A stretch of DNA of 64,000 bases, taken from positions 62,001-126,000 of IMG/VR virus record IMGVR_UViG_3300032007_000033. One strand, given 5' to 3'. Both the position numbers and the translations under genes were made by a program. The notes beneath the pieces were generated by a model. It did no database searches. It saw only the letters and a list, made by a program, of their open reading frames with translations, and was not told the origin of the DNA. Positions within the stretch are counted from its first letter, which is position 1. Each line of letters opens with the position of its first letter. The stretch comes from an uncultured virus (IMG/VR IMGVR_UViG_3300032007_000033) (taxonomy: Duplodnaviria > Heunggongvirae > Uroviricota > Caudoviricetes). Shown here piece by piece: positions 20,479 through 30,715 of this stretch.

Positions 20479-21783
20479 TTATAAATTTTGAAAATATTTG
20501 CTTAATTCTTCAACCGCTTTAAGATTATTAACTCTCAATAAAATTATTCCGTTCTTTTTACAATAATCATTTTTGATTTTATCTCGGAATTGATTTGATT
20601 TTAAAAGTTTTTCCATTTCTTCATCAGTCATTTTTCCATTCCAATTTACTTTTTCAAAATGTGGAATACCGTCAGATTCTATACATAAATTATATTTTGG
20701 AATATAAAAATCAAATCTTAATTGTTGTTTATATTTACAACCTTCAAATTTTTTCTGTTCTTCAAATTCTATTTCTTTTTCATTTAAAAATTTCCTAATT
20801 GCTTCTTCGCCTTTATTTTTATTACATTTTCTACAACCTTCCCCAATTAAATGATTGGCAGGTTTTTGTGGAAAATCACCATGTTTCGGACAAGTTATAA
20901 TTACATCAATTCGATTCGTTATATAATTTACTTTAGAATAACCATAAGTTCCAACTCCATGAATTTCGTTCGCTTTTTCGATAAATTCTTCAGTTGTTAA
21001 TTTTTTAGTTCCGCCACAAATAGGACATCCGCTACCACCCAAATGATGAGATGGCGTTTGAGGGAATTCATAAAGAATGTTATGATTTGGGCAAATTATA
21101 ATTACTTCGGTTCTCATATCAATATAATTTACTTTAGAATAATCATAAGTTCCTTCTCCGTGAACTTCATTTGCTCGCTCTATAAATTCTTCAGTGTTAA
21201 ATTTAAGAAGTTCTGATAATTTTTTATATTGACATTTTCTACAACCTTCACCTTTCAAATGATTTAATGGGGTTTGAAGAAAATCACCATGTTTTAGGCA
21301 AATTATTATCACCTCAGTATTGATATTTATATATTTTACTTTTGAATAATCGTATCTTCCTATACCGTGAATTATATTTGCTCTTTCTATAAATTCTGTT
21401 GTCGTTAATTTTTTACTGCCTCCACAAATAGGACAACCTCGACCGATTAAATGTTTATTCGGTGTTTGTGGAAATGATTCGTGACCTTCAACTCTACAAA
21501 TGATTTCCACATGTTTTGATGATTTTATATAAACTACATTAGAATAATCATATCTATTACCATGTTTTCTTAAAGCCTTTCTGATAAAAGTTTTCGTCTT
21601 TTCGTCTTTGTTGGAATATCTTTCGGAAATTATCTTTTCGATTTCCTCCTCCGACAATTTTGAGTATTCAATAATTTGATTTTTCGATTCTACATTTTCG
21701 ATAGAAACGCAATTCTTACAATCACAATTTTCTTGTTTTGATTTGCCTTTGTCATACGACATAATGTGAGTTAATAAATTCAT
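20479..21783 (-). CDS. zinc-finger-repeat (x4) PD-(D/E)xK/Vsr-like endonuclease, copy 1
   Basis: Four YDYSxV..C..H..QxPxxHL..GCxxC repeats; C-terminal FDFYIP..LCIESDG..HF..RD..K. Confidence 0.8.
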   Translation of the reverse strand: MNLLTHIMSYDKGKSKQENCDCKNCVSIENVESKNQIIEYSKLSEEEIEKIISERYSNKDEKTKTFIRKALRKHGNRYDYSNVVYIKSSKHVEIICRVEGHESFPQTPNKHLIGRGCPICGGSKKLTTTEFIERANIIHGIGRYDYSKVKYININTEVIIICLKHGDFLQTPLNHLKGEGCRKCQYKKLSELLKFNTEEFIERANEVHGEGTYDYSKVNYIDMRTEVIIICPNHNILYEFPQTPSHHLGGSGCPICGGTKKLTTEEFIEKANEIHGVGTYGYSKVNYITNRIDVIITCPKHGDFPQKPANHLIGEGCRKCNKNKGEEAIRKFLNEKEIEFEEQKKFEGCKYKQQLRFDFYIPKYNLCIESDGIPHFEKVNWNGKMTDEEMEKLLKSNQFRDKIKNDYCKKNGIILLRVNNLKAVEELSKYFQNL

Positions 21784-21863
21784 AACTCGCCTCCTAATAA
21801 TTTTAGTTTTTAAGTCATTGCTAGTGACTGTGCATTAAATAGTTAATGCTCACGTAAATAGTT

Positions 21864-21939
21864 AAAAAAAGATTGAGAGGTTAGATAGAACTAGGAATAA
21901 TTCTACCAATAGGCTAGCAACCTACTGTCCCTTTCAATC
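21864..21939 (-). ncRNA. putative two-loop antisense sRNA cognate to nuclease copy 1
   Basis: Three-way junction; loop UUGCUAG matches leader loop CUAGCAA; loop AUUCCU(A) matches SD UAGGAG; U-tract after the closing stem. Confidence 0.7.
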
Positions 21940-22065
21940 AATGTGATTATACTAAATTTATTTTATTTTATCTAGCGTGGTTTTTGAATTTGGGATTGCA
22001 AACATCGTTGATTACATCCCAAGCACGTTTCATAATTTTCCTCTCTTAAAAATGTATTTATATAC

Positions 22066-22737
22066 TTATTTTTCGTGATTCTTGAACTTCTCGTCGAGCG
22101 TGTCGTACCAAAAGTTGATTCTGTCCCAAAATTCTTTGTCTTTAGTCTTTACCGAAATGTTGCCGTTCTTGGCGAACGAAACTTCAAGACCCTTCAACTC
22201 GTCAATCGGCCCACGATAATGGCCTTGTTCTCGCCAAGAATCTTGCACGAGGTACTTCTTTTTCATGTCATTGATGAATTCTGCGTCTTTATGATATTTT
22301 TCAAAAGTTCCGAAATATAAGGCCTCAAAAACTTTCGGTTGCTCAAATTCCGAATACGATTTCCATTTATGTTCGGTTGTCAAGAAGTATGGACTCATAC
22401 TCGTTTCAGAGAATGTATAACCCCATTCATTCTTCATCTTGTTGGTGTCCACTCCGTAAGGATTCTCCTTCGATGTTTCGCCCAAGGATTTTTCAATTAT
22501 TTTTAGAATGTTGTCGTAAGAAGTGCATTCCGTGGAAGGAATGGAAATGCCCAATTGCTCATTCACAATGTTGTAGTCAACCACTCTAAAATGAAGGTCT
22601 GTGTCTTTCTTTAGTTTTTCAACAATCATATATAGATAATCGCTCACTATATGGAGCGACCAATCGTCCACGATTCCACTATTCGCCAAATCCCAAAACA
22701 ATTTCTCATCAATGTCTTTAATTTCAAGCCTTGCCAT
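22066..22737 (-). CDS. hypothetical protein
   Basis: 223-aa ORF with SD. Confidence 0.6.
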   Translation of the reverse strand: MARLEIKDIDEKLFWDLANSGIVDDWSLHIVSDYLYMIVEKLKKDTDLHFRVVDYNIVNEQLGISIPSTECTSYDNILKIIEKSLGETSKENPYGVDTNKMKNEWGYTFSETSMSPYFLTTEHKWKSYSEFEQPKVFEALYFGTFEKYHKDAEFINDMKKKYLVQDSWREQGHYRGPIDELKGLEVSFAKNGNISVKTKDKEFWDRINFWYDTLDEKFKNHEK

Positions 22738-22749
22738 AATTTATTTCTC

Positions 22750-23160
22750 CTATTCAACAATCATCATCTGTAATCTGTTTTTCAATGTATTTAATTTATT
22801 GGTTGATTCAGACAACGCCATCAAAATCACATCTTTATTTTCATAATCATATTTTTTTATTTCAATGTAATCTTTCGCAACATCATTTAAACTAGCGTCA
22901 ATTTCTTCAAGAAGATTATCTCTGACTGTGGCGTTGAAATTGTAATCTAAATTAAGATTGATTCTATCCCAAGTTTTTTCGATTTTATCGATTCTATGAA
23001 GTGTATCGGAATTGTCTAAAACTTTTTCCACAACATGTTCTTGCAATTTTATTCCGCTTAAATGCAAACTGAATAAAGTCACTTCTTCGAGAAAAGCCAA
23101 AATATTGTTATAGTTTCGTTTATCCATAATTCCGTTCCTCCTACATATAATATAACACAA
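22750..23160 (-). CDS. hypothetical protein
   Basis: ORF; GGAGG SD before the internal Met; TTGACA/TATATT promoter upstream. Confidence 0.55.
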   Translation of the reverse strand: MCYIICRRNGIMDKRNYNNILAFLEEVTLFSLHLSGIKLQEHVVEKVLDNSDTLHRIDKIEKTWDRINLNLDYNFNATVRDNLLEEIDASLNDVAKDYIEIKKYDYENKDVILMALSESTNKLNTLKNRLQMMIVE

Positions 23161-23294
23161 TTATATGCGGATTGTCAAGTAAAATTATTAAAAAATGCGA
23201 GCGACAACATAAATGATTCTCGCGAGAAATTAACTTGAATTTCAATACAAACAGAGGTTGTCGCCGACAAAAATAGTTATAACTATTTACATTT

Positions 23295-24083
23295 ATGGAT
23301 ATAAATACAACATCTACGACAAATTCAAATCCTCATTTTATGACTAGAAGCCAACCGTTTTACTACGGAGAGCAGATGAAATCTTGGGCGAACACTCCGA
23401 TGTCCTACGCCATAGACATCGCCATAGAAAACCATTTGGGAAAAACCCTTGAATTTCCACTAGATAGAATAATATACGCCTCCAACGAATATTGCTTTAG
23501 GGAAAGGACTAGAAGAAACGAGGGGGAGTTGAACCTTCCTTTCTTGAATTATTACCGAGTGGGATTTGACGATGCGGACAGACCTTGGAAAAACGACTTT
23601 TCAAACAGATTCGGATTGATAGACCGCGAAAACAAATTCACATCGTTAATGGGCGGAAAGATGAGAATTTATCCCATAACCATAAGTTACGAGGCCACCG
23701 CCTTCTTTGGACAGAACAAGGACTGCGAATACGCCATGAATAAACTTTTATTCGACAGTTCCAACGAAACGATAATCAAGCCCCAAGTGGAAACCAATGA
23801 CGGAGACATTATTGAAAACGCAGGCGTCATGAATTTCGACATAGAGTACAACCCCAACTACCAAGAGAGTGATTGGCTTGAACAGAATAGAATATGGACA
23901 ATAGGTTTGGATTTCACTGTGACCACATATATGATTGGCAAGTTCGACCAAAATCCTGACGGACTGCATGTGGCGAAGAAAGTGCTTTTGGAGTTTTTCA
24001 CGGCCAAGAAACTCAACTATGAGAACTACAAGGAAAGTGAGAGAATGGAAATTCTTTTGTCCGAGTATTTCGGAACGAACTAG
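23295..24083 (+). CDS. putative tail terminator/sheath stabiliser (gp15-like)
   Basis: LPFLNYYRVGF..D..R and P.TI.YE patterns; directly upstream of the sheath gene. Confidence 0.5.
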   Translation: MDINTTSTTNSNPHFMTRSQPFYYGEQMKSWANTPMSYAIDIAIENHLGKTLEFPLDRIIYASNEYCFRERTRRNEGELNLPFLNYYRVGFDDADRPWKNDFSNRFGLIDRENKFTSLMGGKMRIYPITISYEATAFFGQNKDCEYAMNKLLFDSSNETIIKPQVETNDGDIIENAGVMNFDIEYNPNYQESDWLEQNRIWTIGLDFTVTTYMIGKFDQNPDGLHVAKKVLLEFFTAKKLNYENYKESERMEILLSEYFGTN

Positions 24084-24154
24084 TCTGAAAATTTTTAACT
24101 ATTTTAAGCATTGTGAACGCAAAAAATTTTAATTTTTTATAGGAGAATGAAGAT

Positions 24155-26017
24155 ATGGCTCAATCTTGGAGAATAAAGACTGTCGAAAAAGACAACACGG
24201 AAAAGGCTTTAACTAGCACTGCTACAATGGGCGCGACCGTAATCGTGGCTCCGAAAGGCCCAAAGGATTTTGTTAGGTTCAACAAGGGCGACACCCAAGG
24301 AATCTTGAATACATTCGGATATCCGTCAAAGGATTACCCTACAATCCAAGACGCTTTGGATGTAGTTCAAAAATGCACGATGTATGTGGCGAGTCCATAC
24401 AAAGGCGGAACTTATGGAGGAGCGTTCGTGACCAAAGATTTGGGAACGATACCGTTCAACCAAGGAGTGCAGACGAAGGAGATAAGTGATTACGCTTCGG
24501 TCGCTTTCGTGGAGCAAATCGGAATCGGAGACGGAACGACGATTTCTTACGCTTACACAATAAAGAACATCGCCAAATACAACTCGGAAAGTTTGACGCT
24601 ATCCATAGGGGGAGTCGACCATCCAATCACAATCACAAGTTCAGAAGGGATTGAAACCATAACGGACGACCCCACTGAAGGAATTTTGGACTCAGGTTCT
24701 TCTCTCAACACATCGAACGGAGAGTTGACATTGAAATTTAAAACTCCTTTGGTTAGCGGAACAACAATCTCCATCGGATATTCAATGGATTTGTCAGACA
24801 CATATTTCGTAATTTTCGACAAGAACATGCAAGAAGACGACCTTCAAGTGAAAGTCGTGGCCTCCGATGATGTGGAAGGCGCGTTCGAAATGACTGTCGA
24901 AAGATGGAATCCTGTTGATTTGGCTTACGAGGGGGTGAACGGAAGCCCATTCTTGTTCGGACTTTCGGAAACATCAAAAGACACCTACGGAGACAACATT
25001 TACATCGAGAATGTGTTCAACGACAAGCAACAGTTGTTCGATGTTCATGTGGTGAATTCAATCGTAAATACATTCGTCGACGACACCAACATGGTGAAAT
25101 TGAGCGGAGGGTCGAGAGGCGACGAGCCTAGCGGAGCGGACATAGCGTCAATCTACGACCAACTCCAAGACACGAACAAATATCAATTGAAGTTCTGCTT
25201 TGACGGAACTAACGAGAGCGAGGTAATCGCTAAATATGTGTCGTTGAGGAACAACTATCAAAAAAGATGTCGTTTTGTTTATTGCGCGGCTGATGTGGAC
25301 GGAGAGACGATTGTCAACGACCCCACTACATATAATTTCGGAGTGACCGCCAACAGAGGATTGTACCAATATTGCTTGAATTGGGGAATCCACATCGATA
25401 TCTACCAAGGAAACAACTTCAAGTGCTCCAACATGGGTTTGATAGCAGGAAGATTGGTTGACTACTTGGACAACGAGGCCAACACGACTTCCGCTCCCGC
25501 TTGGATTGATGAAAATGGTGTGGGCGGAATTCTTGGCTCTAGTATCACCAAACTTTCGCAAGAAGGAACCGCCGAGGACATCCTTCATCAGTTGGACGAC
25601 CTCAACTTCAACGCGATTGTGAACGACTTCAACTACGGTCCAATGATTGTAGGTTGGAGAACTCGCCAAGTGAAGAAGAGCGACTTCTCGAACATTCCGA
25701 TTTCTTCTCTCGCGGACACAATCATCGAGTTGATTGAGAAGAATGTCTTGCCTAGCAGAATCGGCAAGATGATTGACGAAGCCTCTTACTCCGTGGTGAG
25801 AAGCGGTTGCAACTCAATCTTGGGGACATACTCCAACCGCTTGGAGGACTACTACACTTGGTGCGACTCGGACAACAACACCGCCGAGACAAGAAACCAA
25901 GAGGAGTTGATTGTGGCGGTAGGAATTGTTCCGAAGAAGTTCGCTCGAACGATTTTGTTTGTGTTCAATTTGTTCAAGTCAGGCGATATCTCGGTTGAAG
26001 AAATGTTGAAAAAATAA
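24155..26017 (+). CDS. tail sheath protein
   Basis: APKGP...FGYP N-terminus, LSGGSRG, APAW, C-terminal CDSDNNTAETRNQEELIVAVGIVP. Confidence 0.9.
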   Translation: MAQSWRIKTVEKDNTEKALTSTATMGATVIVAPKGPKDFVRFNKGDTQGILNTFGYPSKDYPTIQDALDVVQKCTMYVASPYKGGTYGGAFVTKDLGTIPFNQGVQTKEISDYASVAFVEQIGIGDGTTISYAYTIKNIAKYNSESLTLSIGGVDHPITITSSEGIETITDDPTEGILDSGSSLNTSNGELTLKFKTPLVSGTTISIGYSMDLSDTYFVIFDKNMQEDDLQVKVVASDDVEGAFEMTVERWNPVDLAYEGVNGSPFLFGLSETSKDTYGDNIYIENVFNDKQQLFDVHVVNSIVNTFVDDTNMVKLSGGSRGDEPSGADIASIYDQLQDTNKYQLKFCFDGTNESEVIAKYVSLRNNYQKRCRFVYCAADVDGETIVNDPTTYNFGVTANRGLYQYCLNWGIHIDIYQGNNFKCSNMGLIAGRLVDYLDNEANTTSAPAWIDENGVGGILGSSITKLSQEGTAEDILHQLDDLNFNAIVNDFNYGPMIVGWRTRQVKKSDFSNIPISSLADTIIELIEKNVLPSRIGKMIDEASYSVVRSGCNSILGTYSNRLEDYYTWCDSDNNTAETRNQEELIVAVGIVPKKFARTILFVFNLFKSGDISVEEMLKK

Positions 26018-26036
26018 AAATTAAAAAAAAATAACG

Positions 26037-26069
26037 AAAGCGTCCGACAAAAAATCGGACGCTTTTTTT
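26037..26069 (+). terminator. intrinsic terminator of the sheath operon
   Basis: AAAGCGTCCGA/TCGGACGCTTT stem plus T-run. Confidence 0.8.
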
Positions 26070-26200
26070 ATTCATAAACAACCTTGATTGTTCCGCAATT
26101 CTATATATTTTGTTCTCTCTCATCATTTCTCGCTCTTGGATGAGTCGTAGAACCTCAATTCCCCTCGTTCGAAAGTTTTTTTAATGGAAATATAATCCAT
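26068..26200 (-). pseudogene. internally deleted remnant of a Hef-like endonuclease gene
   Basis: SD+ATG (MDYISIKK) joined to frameshifted GELRFYD..EMMRENKIYRI..CGTIKVVYE*, resembling the C-termini of 26368.. and 30716.. Confidence 0.7.
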
Positions 26201-26367
26201 TTCCTCCTACAGTACGCTAAGTTCCGCTAAGAAACGCACCATAGGTTTTAGCGGAACTTACGGATTATTTCTTATATATAATATAGTTGATTTTGATAAT
26301 TTTGTCAAGCGAAAATGTTTGGTAATTTTCCTTGACATTCCGTTGAAATCATGGCATAATCCAAGAC

Positions 26368-27990
26368 ATGAAAGAAACTGAAAGTAAGAAAAAGGAATTG
26401 TACTCGCTCAAGGAACTGCACAAGATGAAAGTGTATCCTACTCTCTTGGAATACCTTGGAATTGAAACTGTGAAGAAAGGCCGAGCGACATATATAACCC
26501 AAGAGTCCTTGGATAAAGCGTTAAAATTCAAGGAGGAGAATCCTAACACGAGAGTTTTGTTGCAAAAATTCGCCTTCATGAAAAAATACGGAGTCGAGAA
26601 CCCCCAACAAGCCAAAGAAATCCGAGAAAAGACGCTCTCCACAGTCAAGGAAAGGTACGGAGTCGAGAACACTTCGCAATCCCAAGAGGTCAAGGACAAG
26701 AAGGCTGACACTCTACGAAAGCGTTACGGAGAAAATGTGTCCAACCCCATGGATTGCGAGGAATTCGTTTTTAAAGTGAAGGAGAATTGGAAAAACAAGA
26801 GTCGAGAGGAGATGAATGCTCTGACCGAAAAGACGAAGAGGACATCGATGCTCAAATACGGTTTCGACAACGCTATGAAAAACAAAAATGTAGCAGACAA
26901 GTCGAAAAACAATAAAAAGGAAAACAAACTCAAGGAACTTGAAAAATACAAAGATTATGTTCCCATAAAAGAAATTTGCATGATTGTCTCAAGGTGTTAT
27001 GACAGAGTCTTGGATGTAATCAAACTTTTGGGATTGGAGATTATAGAAGTCAAGGATTCCCACTTAGTGAAAAAATCCGATTTAGATAAAATCAAAAAAT
27101 ATTTTGAAGTTGCGTCGGATTACGCTACTTCAAACGAAGAAAAAGAGTTGTTGGAATTCATCGAAACATTAACCGACGAAAAAATTATCTCCAACGATAA
27201 ATTGACGATAAATCCATACGAATTAGACATTTTCATTCCTTCAAAAAATTTGGCGTTCGAATTTGACGGAATTTACTACCACTCCAACCAATTCAAAGAC
27301 AAATTTTACCATTACGACAAAACCAAGTTGTGCGAGAAAAAAGGAATTAGATTAATTCATGTCTTTGAGGACGACTGGCGATTCAAGCGGAACATAGTGA
27401 AATCGATGATAAATGCTTCGTTGGGAATTTACGAACGGAAAATATTCGCTCGCGAATGTGAAGTCAAAAACATTTTCAATTTTGAATACCGAGATTTTAT
27501 GAACGAAAACCATCTGCAAGGATACGCTTCCGCTAGTCGTTATTTAGGATTGTATTATCGCGGAGAATTGGTTCAGTGCGTGGGAATAAAATATAACGGA
27601 ATCAACAAGACTTGGGAATTGAACCGCATGGCCACTAAACTCAACAATCAAGTCGTGGGAGGCTTTAGCAAACTATTGAAACACGCGATAGAGCGATTCA
27701 ACATCAAGGAAATGACTTCCTATGTCTTCAAGTCTTGGTTCGACGGAAAATCTTACGAGGCTTGCGGATTCAAATTCGACAAGGAATGCCCTCCGACTTA
27801 TTGGTATGTCGTGAATGGAATGAAAACAAACCGAATGAATTGGCAAAAGAAATTCATCAAGGAGAAATTCAACAAGGGTGAATTGAGGCATTACGACGAA
27901 TTAGAAAGCGAGTTTGACAACATGGCGAAAAACGGATTCAATTGGATTTGGGATAGCGGTAAAATAAGATTAAGGTATAAATCGGAATGA
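26368..27990 (+). CDS. free-standing Hef-like homing endonuclease (KYGVEN repeats, PD-(D/E)xK, GNAT-like C-terminus)
   Basis: KYGVENP repeats; ELDIFIP..AFEFDGIYYHS..KGIRLIHVFEDDW; TTGACA-N17-CATAAT promoter upstream. Confidence 0.75.
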   Translation: MKETESKKKELYSLKELHKMKVYPTLLEYLGIETVKKGRATYITQESLDKALKFKEENPNTRVLLQKFAFMKKYGVENPQQAKEIREKTLSTVKERYGVENTSQSQEVKDKKADTLRKRYGENVSNPMDCEEFVFKVKENWKNKSREEMNALTEKTKRTSMLKYGFDNAMKNKNVADKSKNNKKENKLKELEKYKDYVPIKEICMIVSRCYDRVLDVIKLLGLEIIEVKDSHLVKKSDLDKIKKYFEVASDYATSNEEKELLEFIETLTDEKIISNDKLTINPYELDIFIPSKNLAFEFDGIYYHSNQFKDKFYHYDKTKLCEKKGIRLIHVFEDDWRFKRNIVKSMINASLGIYERKIFARECEVKNIFNFEYRDFMNENHLQGYASASRYLGLYYRGELVQCVGIKYNGINKTWELNRMATKLNNQVVGGFSKLLKHAIERFNIKEMTSYVFKSWFDGKSYEACGFKFDKECPPTYWYVVNGMKTNRMNWQKKFIKEKFNKGELRHYDELESEFDNMAKNGFNWIWDSGKIRLRYKSE

Positions 27991-28020
27991 TGTAATTTTT
28001 CAAGAAATTGATTTCATAGA

Positions 28021-28050
28021 AAAAGACCCTAGATTTCTCTAGGGTCTTTT
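28021..28050. terminator. bidirectional terminator
   Basis: AAAAGACCCTAG/CTAGGGTCTTTT between convergent genes. Confidence 0.8.
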
Positions 28051-28086
28051 CATCTATTTATGTCTTGTTAGATTTCAAGTCGCCGA

Positions 28087-29640
28087 TTACGAGTTGCTAG
28101 AAAGGTTCTGCAATGTAACGACTGTGGCGAAGTGCTTGTTGTTAATCTTGCTGTCGGCATAAACACCCAAGCCCATCTGTGAGTTGAAGTTCTTCAATTC
28201 TACGGGGTTTGTGGTGATACCTGTTCCATAAGTTCCGACAGAAACAGGAGCGTCAACATTTTGAGCCTCTGTGCTCTTGCCGAACAAGTACAACTTGCCT
28301 TCGTTCTGAGCGGGGTTGATGATGCTCTTGGGAGCCATGTAAACTCCGCGTCCGTCCAACTCGCCTACCTTGAAGATTCCAACTCTGCTTGTCGGCTTTT
28401 CTCCAACAAACTTGTTGTGCTTCGTGAGGTAAGAGTATGAGGCCGAGTCGCACACGATGTTTGTCGTGTCGGCAAGACGGCCAATCGCGTCATACGGAAG
28501 GTTCTCGCCGTTGATGATGGCGGAAAGAACCGACTGCGCGTGGGCGTAAGAACTGTCCGCGCCAGCGGTGGCGAAGTCAGTGTCGAATGTAACAGGAGCG
28601 TGCCATGAAGCGGCCTTGATTCCCTTGGCAATGCATCGCTCGTCGAAAGCCTTGCGGAACTCGTCGCCAGCGCCAGCGATAAGCATATCTTTGGCAGAAA
28701 GTCCGAGTTTTGAGTTCATCAAATCCTCGGAGAAGCGAGTCCATTCAACTTCGAGCGGATACAAGATGGCAGAGAACTGATACTCAACCAAGTTCAAGAG
28801 AACTGAACCTGTGCGAGGGAACAAAGTGGGGTCTTCGAAGTCGTAGGCGTACTGAACGATTACTTCAGCGGAAGCGCCACCGCTAACGGCAGAGGCGAAT
28901 ACGACTGAAACCGCACCTGTCGTATAGTTGATTGTAGACGGTGTGGCGGGGTCGAGGTCGGCTCCGACGAGAACACCCGCTCCGTTGTCAACGGCAACTT
29001 GAGCGCCGTCGAGGAAAACGCTTACCTTGAAAGGAATCAAGGGTTTGTATGAAAGAGTGGCAGTCCAAGTAACGCCAGCGTCGCCGCTAATCAAGGCTTC
29101 TTGCTCGAATGTTGAAGGATAGCGTCCTTCGCCGTAGTTCTCGTAAACTACATCGCCAGCGGTGGCGCCGCGAGCGGTTGAGCCGTAAGTAGTCTCCAAC
29201 TTGTAGAGGCTGTCTTTCATTGAACTCATTCCCCATACATCGAATACATCTTGGGCGATTGAGTTAGAATAGCCGATGCGAGAAATCTTAACGATGTCTG
29301 TCGGCAACATAAGAGCCATGGCACCGCCACTCTGCATCGCTTCCGTCAACTGAGCGCCATTCATAGATTTGATGGCTTGCTCTTGAAGAACATTCTGAGC
29401 GATTGTCGGATTGCGACGAGCCTGAATTTCAGAGTTCTCAAGGAACAAGATGAGGTTTTCCGCCTTCTTCGCGTCCTTTTCGAACATCTCGTCAAGTTTG
29501 CCTTTTCCGAGAGCCAATCCCTTAGACTTGCTATACTTCTCCTTCAACTTGAGAACCTTGTTCTCGCGCTCGGAGAGTTTTTCATTGTAAATTGAACGAG
29601 CCTTGTCTTCGCTCATTCTCATAACTTTTCCGAAACCCAT
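28087..29640 (-). CDS. major capsid protein (T4 gp23-like)
   Basis: 517 aa; IAQDVFDVWGM, LEVEWT..SEDL, VGIFKVGELDGR; LTE possible maturation site; strongly biased codon use. Confidence 0.85.
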   Translation of the reverse strand: MGFGKVMRMSEDKARSIYNEKLSERENKVLKLKEKYSKSKGLALGKGKLDEMFEKDAKKAENLILFLENSEIQARRNPTIAQNVLQEQAIKSMNGAQLTEAMQSGGAMALMLPTDIVKISRIGYSNSIAQDVFDVWGMSSMKDSLYKLETTYGSTARGATAGDVVYENYGEGRYPSTFEQEALISGDAGVTWTATLSYKPLIPFKVSVFLDGAQVAVDNGAGVLVGADLDPATPSTINYTTGAVSVVFASAVSGGASAEVIVQYAYDFEDPTLFPRTGSVLLNLVEYQFSAILYPLEVEWTRFSEDLMNSKLGLSAKDMLIAGAGDEFRKAFDERCIAKGIKAASWHAPVTFDTDFATAGADSSYAHAQSVLSAIINGENLPYDAIGRLADTTNIVCDSASYSYLTKHNKFVGEKPTSRVGIFKVGELDGRGVYMAPKSIINPAQNEGKLYLFGKSTEAQNVDAPVSVGTYGTGITTNPVELKNFNSQMGLGVYADSKINNKHFATVVTLQNLSSNS

Positions 29641-29914
29641 AGTTTTTCACCTTTTGTTTCATCGATTGAGGTTTTTAGTTTGCTTTGCACGAAAGAATTA
29701 CTAAAATACCTATAAAATATATAGTTATCGGCATGAACAAAAGATTTTCCAAATTTCTTAAAATCTCGCGGACACATTTTTAAAAATCAAAGCATATGGT
29801 TTCGACTTCGTATCCAACCGCCATTCATATAACCCTAGGCGGTTTATCGCCAATTAAACTTTCACAATAAAATAGTTAATGTTTTTTACATCAACATCCA
29901 ACAGAATAAAATAG

Positions 29915-30223
29915 TTAATATTTTTTCACCTTCACATTTAAATTAGAACCATCTTTGATTAAATTTAAAATATATTGATAATCTTCATCAGTTCCATCGT
30001 CTATTTTAAATTCTATATAATCTTCGTTTTTATTTGATATTATAATCTCAACATCGTCTTCATAGCCATCAATAAAACCTATTTTAGAAAATGATAAAAA
30101 TTTATCTGCGATTTCCAATGTATCAAGAAGGGAATTTTCACCGAAAATTTCATAATTTTTTAAACCTTGCATAAAAGGTTCTAAACTTCGACCAAAACCC
30201 ACACTTGTTATTTTAAATCTCAT
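29915..30223 (-). CDS. hypothetical protein
   Basis: ORF with own YAACTAT motif and SD. Confidence 0.55.
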   Translation of the reverse strand: MRFKITSVGFGRSLEPFMQGLKNYEIFGENSLLDTLEIADKFLSFSKIGFIDGYEDDVEIIISNKNEDYIEFKIDDGTDEDYQYILNLIKDGSNLNVKVKKY

Positions 30224-30268
30224 AAATATACACCTCTCGTTTTAATAGTTATAAAAATCCACCCTCAA

Positions 30269-30640
30269 TTATAAACTAGATGTAATGTCGTCCAATTTAA
30301 CTTGCAGATTTTTTGACAAATAAAACGCTTTGGTGATGTCGTTGTAAAAATTTTCGTAATCCTCGACATCCAACGCTCCGAAACTTGTGGTTTGAACTGT
30401 AACTGTCACCACATTGATGTTTTTCAAAACTTCGTTGCTCACTCTGATGATGGGCGAATATTCCGACTTTGAAGATATTTCCTCGTCATTGAGAATCGCA
30501 CCTTTGCCGTAGTCTATGTAAAAGTCGCTTCTATATCCGTATTCGTCGCAAGCGTCGTTCAATTTATTCACTTTAAATTCCAAGTCTTTCAACGCTCGTT
30601 CGTCGTCCATGACTGCATCGCTTATCGTCAATTTAAACAT
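30269..30640 (-). CDS. hypothetical protein
   Basis: ORF with own YAACTAT motif and GGAGG SD. Confidence 0.55.
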   Translation of the reverse strand: MFKLTISDAVMDDERALKDLEFKVNKLNDACDEYGYRSDFYIDYGKGAILNDEEISSKSEYSPIIRVSNEVLKNINVVTVTVQTTSFGALDVEDYENFYNDITKAFYLSKNLQVKLDDITSSL

Positions 30641-30715
30641 AAATAATCCTCCTAAATGTTTATGATTAAGATAGTTAAAAAAAATAACCTAGGAAATCTC
30701 CTAGGTCTTTAATTT

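Noticed and set aside
21864..21939. Reading the two-loop RNAs as IS110-type bridge RNAs or nuclease guides
   Set aside because: The neighbouring protein is not a DEDD recombinase, and both loops match the cassette's own mRNA leader, which fits translational control better.
29780..29850. Possible hammerhead ribozyme (CGAAAC seen on the minus strand)
   Set aside because: No CUGANGA core at the required position.
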